From Macrostomum lignano (Eukaryota): a stretch of DNA of 64,000 nucleotides. Made by a program: the position numbers and the translations under genes. A model generated the notes under the pieces. That model did no database searches. It saw nothing but the letters and a program-made list of their open reading frames with translations, and had not been told where the DNA came from. Below are positions 12,001 to 30,380 of this stretch, one piece after another. The DNA is taken from contig NIVC01001172.1 of NCBI GenBank assembly GCA_002269645.1, positions 1 to 64,000 on the forward strand, given 5' to 3'. Position 1 is the stretch's first letter. Each line of letters begins with the position of its first letter.

Positions 12001-13750
12001 CTAGACAGGCGCTGAGCTCTGGCGCAGCCGCCTCCCAGTGCGACATTGCGATCTTGCGCCACGTCTGCGCCGCGTCAAACGTCAGCAACAACGGTAGCTA
12101 CTCGATCGAACTTCTAGCAGCCCAGCGAAACCGCGCTCTGGCATCGGCAGCCAATGGGAGGCGGCGGCGGCCGCTGTTATTGAGAATTCGAATTGCTCCC
12201 AGTCAGGGATCAAGCAGACTCGGGATCCGACTGGTGTGCAGGAGGTGCGTTTCCCCGTTTACCTCACTATCGGCTGCCTGTTTCCCCGTTTACCTCACTA
12301 TCGGCTGCCTGTTTCCCCGTTTACCTCACTATCGGCTGCCTGTTTCCTGTCTACCTCACTATCGGCTGCCTGTTTCCTGTCTACCTCACTATCGGCTGGC
12401 TGTTTCCCTGTCTACCTCACTATCGGCTGCCTGTTTCCTGTCTACCTCACTATCGGCTGGCTGTTTCCCTGTCTACCTCACTATCGGCTGGCTGTTTCCC
12501 TGTCTACCTCACTATCGGCTGGCTGTTTCCCTGTCTACCTCACTATCGGCTGCCTGTTTCCTGTCTACCTCACTATCGGCTGCCTGTTTCCCTGTCTAAC
12601 TCACTATCGGCTGGCTGCATGTTTCCTATCTACCTCACTATCGGCTGCCTGTTTTCCTATCTACCTCACTATCGGCTGCCTGTTTTTCTATCTACCTCAC
12701 TATCCAACGCACATCCCACCCCAGGCGGTCCCCACTCGGCCTGTTCGTCCACAGCTTGACGCCCGGCAGTCCGGCGCATCGAGACGGCCGACTTCGGCAA
12801 GGCGACCGCGTCCTGGAGCTCAATGGCCTGGACACCGGCGCCTGCCCGGACAGATGGGAGGCCGACACGATTGGCCAGGTTGGATAGTATATCCATCCCA
12901 CACTCCTTCACTCTATCCCACACTCCCTCACTCTGTCCGATACTCCCTCACTCTATCCCACACTCCCTCACTCTATCCCACACTCCCTCACTCTGTCCGA
13001 CACTCCCTCACTTTATCACACACTCCCTCGCTCTATCCCACACTCCCTCACTCTATCCCACACTCCCTCACTCTATCCCACACTCCCTCACTCTATCCCA
13101 CACTCCCTCACTCTATCCCACACTCCCTCACTCTATCCCACACTCCCTCACTTTATCCCACACTCCCTCACTCTGTCCGACACTCCCTCACTCTATTCTA
13201 CACTCCCTCACTCTATCCCACACTCCCTCACTCTGTCCGATACTCCCTCACTCTATCCCACACTCCCTCACTCTGTCCGGCACTCTCTCACTCTATCCCA
13301 CACTCCCTTACTCTATCCCACACTCCCTCACTCTATCCCACACTCCCTCACTCTATCCCACACTCCCTCACTCTATCCCACACTCCCTCTATCCCACACT
13401 CCCTCACTCTATCCCACACTCCCTCTATCCCACACTCCCTCACTCTATCCCACACTCCCTCACTCTATCCCACGCTCCCTCACTCTATCCCACACTCCCT
13501 CACTCTATCCCACACTCCCTCACTCTATCCCACACTCCCTCACTCTATCCCACACTCCCTCACTCTATCCCACACTCCCTCACTCTATCCTACACTCCCT
13601 CACTCTATCCCACAGCTAACAGGCGCACCCATAAGCCTGCTGATTTTACGAACTGAAAGTTTCACAGTGGAACCAGTGGAAGCAGCTACAGCAGGAGGGA
13701 AATCTCAGCCCGATCCCGTGACGACGCTGCAAGAGAATTCATTTGTTTGA
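9097..13750 (+). CDS. Two-PDZ-domain protein, LNX1/2- or Slip1-like, RING-less as seen here (about 319 aa from ATG 9097; further upstream exons possible)
   Basis: Phase-consistent exons 9097-9143, 10366-10442, 11159-11337, 11449-11532, 11961-12244, 12725-12878, 13616-13750. PDZ1 GSLGISFIGGCDTSL|GCVLIQKIMPGGLADRDDRLRSGDVILQ|VNDNDLTRATHGEARQAL; PDZ2 RLGIRLVCRR|RSPLGLFVHSLTPGSPAHRDGRLRQGDRVLELNG. Both resemble LNX PDZ1/PDZ2 from my recall of the family. Ends ...ENSFV*. Confidence 0.85.
9155..10310. repeat. 26-bp minisatellite (TTCTAGAAATCTAGAGATTAGGCTAT)n, about 40 copies, in LNX-like intron 1
   Basis: Direct reading; two TCTAGA sites per unit; degenerate flanks. Confidence 0.97.
10505..11075. 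repeat. 32-bp minisatellite with two variant blocks, LNX-like intron 2
   Basis: GCAGATAGACAGGTGTATGA followed by ATGTAAGAACAA (5' block) or CTGGCAGAATGA (3' block). Confidence 0.95.
12250..12703. repeat. 30/31-bp minisatellite (CTACCTCACTATCGGCTGCCTGTTTCCTGT)n, LNX-like intron 5
   Basis: Direct reading. Confidence 0.96.
12893..13615. repeat. 20-bp minisatellite (ATCCCACACTCCCTCACTCT)n, LNX-like intron 6
   Basis: Direct reading; last unit ends in the acceptor CAG at 13613-13615. Confidence 0.97.
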
Positions 13751-14029
13751 GTAGCTGAGGAAGTGAGACAGTCTTAGCAGGATGCGCTGTTTCTCGCGGT
13801 GTTAAAAAACAAACATCATCAAGATAAACAAACACATTTGAAAGTACATACAAGAATTTTGACTGTATTTGTACGAGTATATACATTGGCAGTGAGAACA
13901 AGTACACGCTATGAAACGATTTTTGGTGTGCATTACAGGTACGAGTACACTGCCAGATTTAAGGGTGATGTTAAATATATTGAACCTTAAAGTATATTAG
14001 ATCAGCCATAATTTTTGTTAATCTATTAA

Positions 14030-14345
14030 TTTGGAAGTTTTTGTTCAATCTCAGTTCCACTAGTCTTTGTTGAATTTCAATCCAACTAGTCCTTGTCCAA
14101 TCTCAACCCTAAACCCGATTAGTCTTTGTCCAATCTGAATCCCACTAGTTCCTTATCCAATTTTTATCCAATCTCAACCTTACTAGTCTTTATCCAATCT
14201 CAACCTCACTAGTCTTTGTCCAATTTTAATCCCACTAGTCTTTGTCCAATCTGAATCACACTTGTCTTTCTTCAATCTCAACATTAGTAGTATTTGTCCA
14301 ATCTAAGCCATAAGTGTCTCCAATCACAATCCCACTAGTCTTTGT
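14030..14345. repeat. Degenerate ~27-bp repeat (CTAGTCTTTGTCCAATCTCAA..) between the convergent LNX-like and PRPF18 3' ends
   Basis: Recurrent ctagtctttgtccaat motif. Confidence 0.75.
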
Positions 14346-14355
14346 CCAATACGCA

Positions 14356-21230
<6,875 letters not shown>

Positions 21231-22851
21231 AAGAGCGAATTATAGAAATTTGATTTCTTTGTCTATTAGTTTTCTTAGATGCCTGCTTACTAGCTAATAG
21301 CTAGTCTGTTAGTTCTATAACTTTTAGTTTTTCACTACTTGTAGTTAGTTATATCGCAATCCGCCGCAAAGTTTGTATAAAATATTCCAGTTTCTTGGAA
21401 AATTATTCTTTGAAATTTTTTCTTGCTCAGTGAATCAAAACTTTGCTCAATATTTTTTAATGTTTTTCTAATAGATTTAATAAATGAAACTTACAATAGG
21501 GTTATGTAAAGCTAATATAGATTCTCCATTTCACAAATTATTGCGTTGCGATGCGCCTTTAGGCCTTAAGAATAAGACTAAGAATACATTTTGAACAGAC
21601 AAAACTGGAACCACTTACCACTATATGAGGGTCTATTATATACGGCCTCGTATAGTTCGTGCAAATATCAAAATTTAGCGAACTCTAATTAACTCAGTTA
21701 AATTAATGATTTAAATGCATTGCCTTTTCCACCGCTGCTAATTAAATAAACATTAAATTTGCACGCAATACTATCCAATGCGGTCGGTGTCCAAACGCGC
21801 TTTCCATCATTCCCACCACCTGACTTGCCCATGCTACCACCAATAATAATATGATGAGCCCATGAAAACCTTATTCTTAAGCACTAAACATAAAATATTA
21901 GGCTTCTGCATGTTCAACAACTAAGTGCACCTGCTGTTTCTTGCCCATCTGTATTTCTTTATAAATAAGAAATAAAGAAAGAACTTAAATATATATGGAA
22001 TTTCTTATCAGCCTTTGGCTTTAATTACATTGTTTAACACGTACTGAAAGTATAGACTATAGACAATTGTGCTATATCATCGCAAGAAACTGTTGAACTG
22101 CCTGTTCAGCAATTGTTTTTTATCTCAAAAACATTGGGAAAACATTTCTTGTGATCGGGACTTATTTTATCATATACTGTATATGCAAGCAAACCAAACA
22201 GTAAGGTATAGAGCTAGATTTATGGACGGTTGGATGCATATATCCCAATTAGTTATGACAGCAATTTTGACACGCGCGTACAAATTTCGCGTGTGCAACT
22301 TAGAAAAGATCGATCGAGCCATCATCTTTCTTTTTACTTCTACGTATACGAGCAGGGACTACTCAATTCCTACTACTAGAGAATTGAGTAGTCCCTGTAT
22401 ACGAGCTAAAATTTTTTGCTTAAAATTACAGTCTGTATATTAGCTCGATCGCGTAATTCCACAGTAGAAAGCAAGCCTATATTTCTTTGAAAATATGACT
22501 CATTCTCACTCCATATAGCTATATTACGTCATATCGGGGACTCGCACAACATTTGTACACTGCCCCCCCTGTGCAGGCTCCAATAATAAGGCCAGAATTC
22601 CGACTTGCCTTTGGGGCAAGGTGAGTCAAGGGAGATTACGTAACCGCAGCCAATGCTATTCCACAAGAAGAAAAGAAAAGGGAGGCTAGGAAGACAGGAG
22701 AGAGGGAGAGAGAGACAGAACAGAACAAACTGAATTAACAAGGGTGAAGCGAGTGCAAAAGAAGACTGGAAGACACGCGCGATAGCCATTTCAAAAAGAA
22801 TAAAACCTGCAACTTTTAGTATCGGTTAATCAATAGTCAAATAAATCTGTA
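21231..22851. promoter_or_regulatory. Divergent (head-to-head) promoter region between PRPF18 and the DEF8-like gene
   Basis: Start codons face away from each other about 1.6 kb apart; no specific motif verified. Confidence 0.55.
22353..22397. mobile_element. 45-bp hAT-type micro-MITE, 17-bp perfect TIR, 8-bp TSD TATACGAG
   Basis: CAGGGACTACTCAATTC-11 nt-GAATTGAGTAGTCCCTG; TSD at 22345-22352 and 22398-22405. Confidence 0.88.
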
Positions 22852-25800
22852 ATGACCTGCTTCGTATTTCGCGGCCACAGCCTTCAACCCGTGACAGCAG
22901 GCCGGCTAAGTCTAACCACCACCAGCAGCAGCAACAGACCGGCCGGTACTTCTGCCGAAATCGCATGCAGCGACCGGTGCGAACAGTGCGCCAAGCGGCT
23001 GCTGTCGCTGCAGAGCTGGCTGGTGCTGGCCGCCACTGGCCGGGCTGCTGGTGGCACTGGCGGCAGGCCTCAGCACTACCGGTGCAGACTGTGCGGCCTG
23101 GGCCTTCACCGGGCCTGCCTGTTGGAACTGGGTGCGTCCTCTGGCGCCGGTAAGAACCGGGTGCACAGCTGCCCGGTGGCGATGGTGGACAGTGGAGAGG
23201 CCGAGCTGGACTGGGGACCGCCGGTAAGCTATGTATTTGTTTTATCGTTTTATTATCACTTACATCTCCATCTGTGCTATTATTGCTGGTAGTGGATGAA
23301 GCTTCTAAGGCCTAGTTAGCTCGTACAAGTTCTCAGACTTTTTGTCCTGATGAAGAAAGGATTTCATCTGGTTCGATGGCAAACAGAATACGAGCTAAGT
23401 GACTTGTAACCAAAATGTCTTTGTCACCTAACTGACTTGTCACCGAACTGACTTGTCACCGAACTGACTTTTCACCGAAATGACTTGTCACCGAACTGAC
23501 TGTCACCGAACTGACTTGTCACCGAACTGACTTGTCACCGAACTGACTTGTCACCGAACTGACTTGTCACCGAACTGACTTGTCACCGAACTGACTTGTC
23601 ACCGAAATGACTTGTCACCGAACTGACTTGTCACCGAACTGACTGTCACCGAACTGACTTGTCACCGAACTGACTTGTCACCGAACTGACTTGTCACCGA
23701 AATGACTTGTCACCGAACTGACTTGTCACCGAACTGACTGTCACCGAACTGACTTGTCACCGAACTGACTGTCACCGAACTGACTTGTCACCGAACTGAC
23801 TTGTCACCGAAATGACTTGTCACCGAAATGACTTGTCACCGAATTGACTGTCACCGAACTGACTTGTCACCGAACTGACTTGTCACCGAACTGACTTGTC
23901 ACCGAACTGACTTGTCACCGAACTGACTGTCACCGAACTGACTGTCACCGAACTGACTTGTCACCGAACTGACTTGTCACCGAACTGACTTGTCACCGAA
24001 ATGACTAGTCACCGAAATGACTTGTCACCGAATTGACTGTCACCGAACTGACTTGTCACCGAACTGACTGTCACCGAACTGACTGTCACCGAACTGACTG
24101 TCACCGAACTGACTGTCACCGAACTGACTGTCACCGAACTGACTGTCACCGAACTGACTGTCACCAAACTGACTTGTCACCGATCGAACTGACTGTCACC
24201 GAAATCACTTGTCACTGAACTGACTTGTCACCAAACTGACTTGTCACTGAACTGACTTGTCACCGAACTGACTTGTCACTGAACTGACTTGTCACCAAAC
24301 TGACTGTCACCGAAACGACCTGCACCCGATGAGGACGGATTAGATTATCATGGGGAATACTAGTCTGATCATTGCGAGCCGATCACCAGATAATTATTTA
24401 TTGAGGATAAATGCCGAGGAGAATGGTCGAGTCCGTGCATTATGGGATCAGAATTGTACTCCATAGTCCATATTGGGATTCGTGGGATCAGAGGACTTTG
24501 CCAGGTGCAAATATATTTGGAAGAAAGTCGCACGCATCCCGTGTTCCAGTGGCTTCTGTCCAGCAGCTTGGCATCGAAGATCCGGGGTGCAACTCACTGC
24601 GGCCAGTGCGGCGCCGAGATGACGTCATACAGCAGTGCCGCTCGCTACTGCCACTACTACGGCCAGCGCTGCTGCTCGCTCTGCCATTGGAACGATCGGG
24701 CCGTGCTGCCATCGAGACTGCTGGCCTCGGGTGACTCCACCCCGGTCCCCGTCTGCCGACGCGCCCTCGGCCTGCTGCGCGCCTGCCAGGACCGCCTGGC
24801 GCTGCGACTCGGCGACCGCGGCGACCCCGATTTGGCCGCCTGGACGAAGGCGCCGTTCCTACTGAAGCTCGGCGATGTGATTGACGCTCGGGTCAGGGCC
24901 CGACAGTCGCTGCTGGCGAGTTGGCTGTGCCCGGACATGCGGGACCGTCTGGCGGATGAGGCGAGTCTCGGGGAAGCGAAATGGGAAAAAAATTGCGGAG
25001 CTCAGACTGGCTTAGAATTTTTCAAGTGCAGATTGGGACAAGAACTAATCTGAATTTCACGGGAGGGCCTGCAGATACCCTGGCGCAACGTCTTCGGCGA
25101 CATCGTCCCGCTCAACCAGCGCTGCGGCAATTCTGCCCATGATCCACCGACTCCTGAGCACAATACAATCGCGCCAATGCTGTACGCTGGCACGGACTCA
25201 TACACACGCTCACCCAGGGTGTACAGCGGCCCTGACTTTCTGATCCTCAGACATGTACGGGTCCATGAGAATTGCTCGCCGAGTAGTTTTTCTCGCTGAG
25301 GTTTGCCCGCAATGCTATATACACGCAGGGGTACATCGGTGAGCAAATATTAATTCAAGCCTATGCAATGTCGCTTTCTTCCATAAATCTCTTTATTAAG
25401 ACTTACGCAATACTAAGCATTGGCGGGTGGCAATGCAGACAGAATCTTCTAGCTGGCCAAATGCGCTGCAGAAAAAAACATTTGCGGGCAAACCTCGGCG
25501 GGAAAAATGTCGCGGGAAATTCTCGTGCTCCCGACATGTCGCAGCCAATCGACTTTAGCTCGTGAAATGAAAAGTGACGAGGGGTGTCCAAAAAGTAGTG
25601 ATACTTTTAACCGTAGCTCTCGTTCTATAGCTTCCTGTGATTAAAAATTTTATGAACTGATAGCGGCAAATCTCTTCTACAGACTGCTTTTTGAATTTTT
25701 AAAATTGATTCCAGAGAACAAAAGTTATACCCACGAAAGTAACAGTACCTGTACCATAAAGTTACACAAACTATATCGAAATTTATAATAGTTGCATTCT

Positions 25801-28355
25801 GCACTCATTCATTAAGAAGGCATCGATAAATGTCTTGTTTAAGCAATACCACAGCCCAATTGCAAAATGATGCTCACTGTGACTGACTGAAATTTGTCTA
25901 AGGACAGAATCATGCGCAGAAAAATAAAGCATTAAATTCATTACTTTACTTGCAAACAGAGGAGCTTGCATTTTGCGATTCGTTCATGATTTCATTGCCC
26001 ATACTCGACAACACACATGGCTGTGCACTCAGTTGTTGCTCAGCAAAGTACCATCTTCACTCTTTGGGGCGCTGGTCAAAGTGCCTCAGCAATTCACCAA
26101 AACTTTGCTCTGCGCACGGATCCTCTGCGGTCAGCAAAATGACAGTTTATCGATGGATGGAGCAGTTCAGCGAGGGAAGGACTGATTTGGCAGATCAGCA
26201 TCGGACGGGGCGGCCATACGTTCATCGACCTGATGTACTGGCGGACTCCATTCTGAATCTTCTTGACGAGGACTCCCGAATGACCATTAGAGAGATCGCT
26301 GACAGGTTGGACAAGCCGAAATCAACAATTCATCGAAGCTTACTCGGCATGGGTCTCATAAAGCTCAGCCTATAATTTGTGTAACTTTATGGTACATATA
26401 CTGTTACTTTCATGGGTATAACTTTTGTTCTCTGGAATCAATTTTAAAAATTCAAAAAGCAGTCTGTAGAAGAGATTTTTCACTATCAGTTCATTCAGTT
26501 CAGTTCTATCTATCAGTTCAAATTTTAAATCGCAGGAAGCTATAGAACGAGAGCTACAGTTAAAAGTATCACTACTTTTTAGACACCCCTCGATAGATGC
26601 TTGAAAATATTAGGTATTTTGGATTTAATCAGAATTTTGGAATACAATAGTAGGAACTTAAATTAGAAATAATACTTAACCCACAAATTGTATTTTTTGA
26701 TTTCACTAGGATTTTTCGTTTTGGGGGTAATTCTGAATTTTTAGATTAAACTATAGAGACAAATCAATTTAAGTATATTGGAATATGATTTTTATGATTT
26801 TAGGATAAATTAATTTATTCTTTTTAACCTTGCTTGTACCACATCCTAGTACCTAATTTTTATTAATTGATTTGAAGCGTTGTAAAGTCTAAACTTTGAA
26901 AATCTAATGTAGTCCAAACCCAGATATGCTCGCATTAAGTCACTAATTTTAGCATCCCTAATTAAATCCAAAACCATGTACACCACACCTCATCCCAGGT
27001 GCCGGGCTCCATGCACTACATGTACTTTGCCCAGCCCACAGTCGACGATGACGCTGTCGACAGCGCCGACAGGGTCAGCGAGTTCACGCCCGGCGAGCTG
27101 CTGGCCATGGCACAGGGCCGCTGGGCTCAGCTGACCAGCCAGCCAATCAGAATCGCCCAGTGCGCAGCCAATCACAGGGCCGCTTGTCTGAGCTGCACAC
27201 CGCGCGTGTGTCCAGTCTGTCTGGACACTCGGCGACTGGTGTACAAGTACAGCCAGGTGGCTGTGCACTGCCACGGCTGCGACAGTCTGTACCACAGGTC
27301 AGCTTTGGCGGTGCTCACTTGGGAAGGGTTGACTTCAGAGTATGTTGAAGACGTTCGATGTAAGAGCAAAATTTCAACGTGTAAGAAAGGATACAAAATG
27401 CCTTTAATGAGGTTGCATTGTGTCTAAGAAGGTTGCATCATGTCTAAAAAAGGTTGCATCATGTGTAAGAAGTTACATCGTGTGTAAGAAGGTTACATCA
27501 TGTGTAAGAAGGTTATATCATGTGTAAGGTTACATCATGTGTAAGAAGGTTGCAACATGTGTAAGAAGGTTGCATCATGTGTAAGAAGGTTGCAACATGT
27601 GTAAGAAGGTTGCATCATGTGTAAGAAGGTTACATCGTGTGTAAGAAGATTACATCATGTGTAAGAAGGTTACATCATGTGCAAGAAGGTTACATCGTGT
27701 GTAAGAAGATTACATCATGTGTAAGAAGGTTACATCATGTGTAAGAAGGTTACATCATGTGTAAGAAGGTTGCAACATGTGTAAGAAGGTTACATCATGT
27801 GTAAGAAGGTTACATCATGTGTAAGAAGGTTGCAACATGTGTAAGAAGGTTGCATCATGTGTAAGAAGGTTACATCATGTGTACGAAGGTTACAATGTGT
27901 CATTAATTAATTCAATAAAAAGCAGAGACGCTGCAATGAATGAGCAAGGTTGTAATAAATCTACAAGAGTTTGCAAAAGACTGATGCACCAGACTGCACC
28001 GAGTGGGTGTCACTAAGGTTTCAGTTACATGTACATAGCCGTATGCAGTTGAATGCTCTGCAATAAAGGGCCCCCACCCGAAACCGGCCGAAAAAAAACC
28101 AACAGGACCTGTCGGTACACCATCCGCGCTTGTCGAGTCTGCCAATGCCAGTCGGAGGTTCGCCGAGCCAATCAGCTGGCAGGAGGGCCGATCTCCTACG
28201 ATCCCAGGCTGCTGGCCGTCTACCGACCGGGCCAGACCGCGGCTGACCAGCTGGCGCTGCTGCGGCGGCTGCTGATGGTGACGCCCAGTAGCGAGTTGCA
28301 CCTGTCTGATTACGGAGTCTTCCGGCTGCAGGCTAAGCGGCAGTTCTCCGTGTGA
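22852..28355 (+). CDS. DEF8: DEF8-like protein (C1 domain plus Rubicon-homology/zf-RING_9 domain), about 443 aa; true 5' end uncertain
   Basis: Exons 22852-23223, 24550-24960, 26999-27297, 28106-28355, phase-consistent. C1-like H...CEQC...CRLCGLGLHRAC...C; CGQCG...ARYCHYYGQRCCSLCHWNDRAVLPSRLL (cf. DEF8 [28 protein letters not shown]); C-terminal CPVC...CHGCDSLYHR|TC...CRVC. Confidence 0.85.
23400..24327. repeat. 16-bp (15-bp variant) minisatellite (CTTGTCACCGAACTGA)n, DEF8 intron 1
   Basis: Direct reading; ends in CACCGAAACGACCTGCACCCG. Confidence 0.96.
25075..25257. repeat. Dispersed ~200-bp repeat, copy 2
   Basis: Aligns with 6755-6950 and with the reverse complement of 39468-39625. Confidence 0.85.
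25258..25533. mobile_element. ~275-bp MITE with CGGG...CCCG termini and imperfect inverted arms
   Basis: Left CGGGTCCATGAGAATT...CTGAGGTTTGCCCGCAATG versus right CATTTGCGGGCAAACCTCGG...AATTCTCGTGCTCCCG; ACATGT on both flanks; related arm at about 36595-36690. Confidence 0.7.
25578..26592 (+). mobile_element. Internally deleted Tc1/mariner (mariner-type) element with ~200-bp TIRs and a truncated transposase
   Basis: Termini CGAGGGGTGTC...GACACCCCTCG. ORF part VSKMTVYRWMEQFSEGRTDLADQHRTGRP...DEDSRMTIREIADRLDKPKSTIHR matches the paired HTH domains of mariner transposase; stop at 26375 before the DDD domain; TA TSD not intact. Confidence 0.92.
27415..27897. repeat. 20-bp minisatellite (GTGTAAGAAGGTTACATCAT)n, DEF8 intron 3
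   Basis: Direct reading. Confidence 0.96.
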
Positions 28356-28426
28356 ATGGCTGGGACCCAGTGGTGGGATCAGGGAGTGAAATATTGATCC
28401 CATCATCCTTCCCACTATCTGATAAG

Positions 28427-28950
28427 ACTGATGGGATCAGAGAGGCTGATGGGATCAGAGAGGGGGAAGCCTGATGGGATCAGAGAGGCTGACGGGATCA
28501 GAGAGACTGATGGGATCAGAGAGGGGGAAGCCTGATGGGATCAGAGAGGGGGAAGCCTGATGGGATCAGGGAGGGGGAAGCCTGATGGGATCAGAGAGGC
28601 GACGGGATCAGAGAGGCTGATGGGGTCAGAGAGGCTGATGGGGTCAGAGAGACTGATGGGATCAGAGAGACTGATGGGATAAGAGAGGGGGAAGCCTGGT
28701 GGGATCAGAGAGACTGATGGGATCAGAGAGACTGATGGGATCAGAGAGACTGATGGGATCAGAGAGACTGATGGGATCAGAGAGACTGATGGGATCAGAG
28801 AGACTGATGGGATCAGAGAGACTGATGGGATCAGAGAGACTGATGGGATCAGAGAGACTGATGGGATCAGAGAGACTGATGGGATCAGAGTGGGAAGGCT
28901 GATGGGATCAGAGAGTGGGAAGGCTGATTGGTCAGAGAGTAGGAAGGCTG
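28427..28950. repeat. 18-bp minisatellite (CTGATGGGATCAGAGAGA)n downstream of DEF8
   Basis: Direct reading; source of spurious GSERLM and LIPSVS ORFs. Confidence 0.95.
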
Positions 28951-29622
28951 ATGGGATCACGGAGACTGACTATCTGAATGTGGGATTTAAGTCTGTGAAG
29001 TCTACCAGGTTTGCTGCGTTAATTTTTTCATTTCATTGTTTCAATCTAATGTAAACTTACTATTATTATATATTATTCTTATTACTTCAAATATAAAGGT
29101 ATTTCAATTCGCAATTGTGCTTGAGAAGTATCTCAAAGCAAAAAAAACAATCTTATTTAAAGGTCCGAAACGCAAAACAACATACAATTTAAGAGTCAAT
29201 ATAGTGAATGAAATATTATTCCGTTTAAGGTCCGTGTAATTGCGTGGACTGAAATAATAAATAATACATACCGAGTCTGTTGAACGCTGTTCTGCATGGT
29301 AGAATATAAGTAGTATATAAAGCATCCGTCAAAAAATAGCAAATAATAGGAAATAAAAAATGGCACAGGCGCGAGGAAGACAGAAATTCCCAAAGGCAAA
29401 TCGCGTGTGACTGCAGCTGAGAAGGAAGGTAGAAGACCAGCCACTCCCGCCTGCTCAAAATATTGACTTGGACAGAAGAAAGGAAATTACATAATAAGAA
29501 GTATTGCTATCTGCGGGTGCTTGAAAAGAATATCATTAAAAAGAAAAGTGCAGAAGTAACGAATAGGAAGCCTTTCAGGACCTCGTAGCTAGCAGTTTTG
29601 ACTGGGGGTTGCGCCTTTGTGC

Positions 29623-30380
29623 GCCACTTCATTTGAGGGGCTGCCACTTCATTTGAGGGGCTGCCATTTCATTTGAGGGGCTGCCATTTCATTTGAGGGG
29701 TGCAATTTCATTTGAGGAGCTGCTATTTCATTTGAGAGGCTGCTATTTCATTTGAGGCGCTGTCATTTCATTTGAGGGCCTGCTATTTCATTTGAGGGGC
29801 TGCCATTTCATTTGAGGGGCTGCCATTTCATTTGAGGGGCTGTCATTTCATTTGAGGGGCTGCCATTTCATTTGAGGGGCTGTCATTTCATTTGAGGGGT
29901 TGCTATTTCATTTGAGGGGCTGCCATTTCATTTGAGGGGCTGCCATTTCATTTGAGGGCTGCCACTTCATTTGAGGGGTGCCATTTCATTTGAGGGGCTG
30001 CCACTTTATTTGAGGGGCTGCCATTTCATTTGAGGGGCTGCCATTTCATTTGAGGGGCTGTCATTTCATTTGAGAAATCGCTATTTCATTTGAGGGGATG
30101 CCATTTCATTTGAGGGGCTGTCATTTCATTTGAGGGGCTGTCATTTCATTTGAGGGGTTGCCATTTCATTTGAGGGGCTGTCATTTCATTTGAGGGGTTG
30201 CTATTTCATTTGAGGGGCTGTCATTTCATTTGAGGGGCTGCCATTTCATTTGAGGGCTGCCACTTCATTTGAGGGGCTGCCATTTCATTTGAGGGGCTGT
30301 CATTTCATTTGAGGGGTTGCTATTTCATTTGAGGGGCTGCCATTTCATTTGAGGGGCTGCCATTTCAGAGGGTGCCATTT
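29623..30380. repeat. 20-bp minisatellite (CATTTCATTTGAGGGGCTGC)n
   Basis: Direct reading. Confidence 0.97.

Noticed and set aside
12236-13750. 504-aa ORF
   Set aside because: Mostly two minisatellites; only 13616-13750 is coding in this frame
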